From: an uncultured Holophagales bacterium
Lineage (GTDB): Bacteria > Acidobacteriota > Thermoanaerobaculia > Multivoradales > UBA5704
Length of the DNA: 64,000 nt
Assembly (NCBI GenBank): GCA_963842525.1
Contig: CAWJGT010000034.1
Location: forward strand, 128,001-192,000
Direction: 5' to 3'
The notes below the pieces were generated by a model. It saw nothing but the letters and a program-made list of their open reading frames with translations. It was not told the origin of the DNA and searched no databases. The number at the start of each line of letters is the position of its first letter. Position 1 is the stretch's first letter. Made by a program: the position numbers and the translations under genes. Shown here one piece after another: positions 63,812 through 64,000 of the stretch.

Positions 63812-64000
63812 AGGCCTCGCCGTCGGGCGGCTTGTTGAAGACTACCACTTGAACCTTGCCGGGTTTCTCGATGTCCCTTGGATCAAGCGGGACGACGAGC
63901 TTCGTCTCCGTCACGGGCTCCTGGGGCTTGCGCAAATCCGACCCAACCATCACTTGGCACGATGGCGCGAAGCCGCTGCCATGAATCGTGAGAACGGTCA
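63771..64000 (-). CDS. 3' end of an IPT/TIG-domain protein (partial)
   Basis: TVLTIHGSGFAPSCQVMVG...TKLVVPL...PGKVQVVVFN...SNPMFLEV. Confidence 0.6.
   Translation of the reverse strand, partial: TVLTIHGSGFAPSCQVMVGSDLRKPQEPVTETKLVVPLDPRDIEKPGKVQVVVFNKPPDGEASNPMFLEVEQKPS

Noticed and set aside
1-64000. tRNA or rRNA genes
   Set aside because: None recognised by eye; a tRNAscan/Infernal run would be needed to exclude them

Overview
High-GC bacterial DNA. The Oar-type TonB receptor, sulfatase-TPR pairs and CCCCCTCTCCC palindromic repeats suggest an Acidobacteria-like (Thermoanaerobaculia-type) genome; this is inference only. About nine single-base frameshifts fall in otherwise intact genes, including sdhA and sdhB, and are probably long-read consensus errors. 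The left half is mixed accessory and housekeeping DNA: a CphA-like Mur ligase, archaemetzincin, a CFA synthase-like methyltransferase, two sulfatase-TPR genes with a TonB receptor, orphan antitoxins, a CPBP protease, a wHTH-TPR regulator, a DUF4062-NACHT-FGE protein, a 42-bp tandem array, an AAA ATPase, an AI-2E transporter, a two-component system and an Sdh1-type succinate dehydrogenase operon. It also holds a complete IS110/IS1111-type element inserted at a CT(T) core inside a REP arm, with candidate bridge/seek-RNA guides readable from the sequence. The main candidate for a novel system is a ~28-kb co-directional minus-strand cluster (32380-60578) headed by two atypical LuxR/NarL regulators. 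It encodes an ABC1/UbiB kinase plus a pseudokinase paralog, three paralogous helical proteins, two patatins, a catalytically degenerate SGNH protein, two DUF4331 proteins, DinB, FadL, a cholesterol-oxidase-like GMC enzyme, ParA and a dirigent/AOC-like protein. At least four of its proteins share one ~70-aa N-terminal amphipathic module (MRELxKSxxSFSWAMxLFG...GDxxQxxxxD). My hypothesis is an undescribed lipid-body/inclusion or lipid-handling system with a shared targeting domain.
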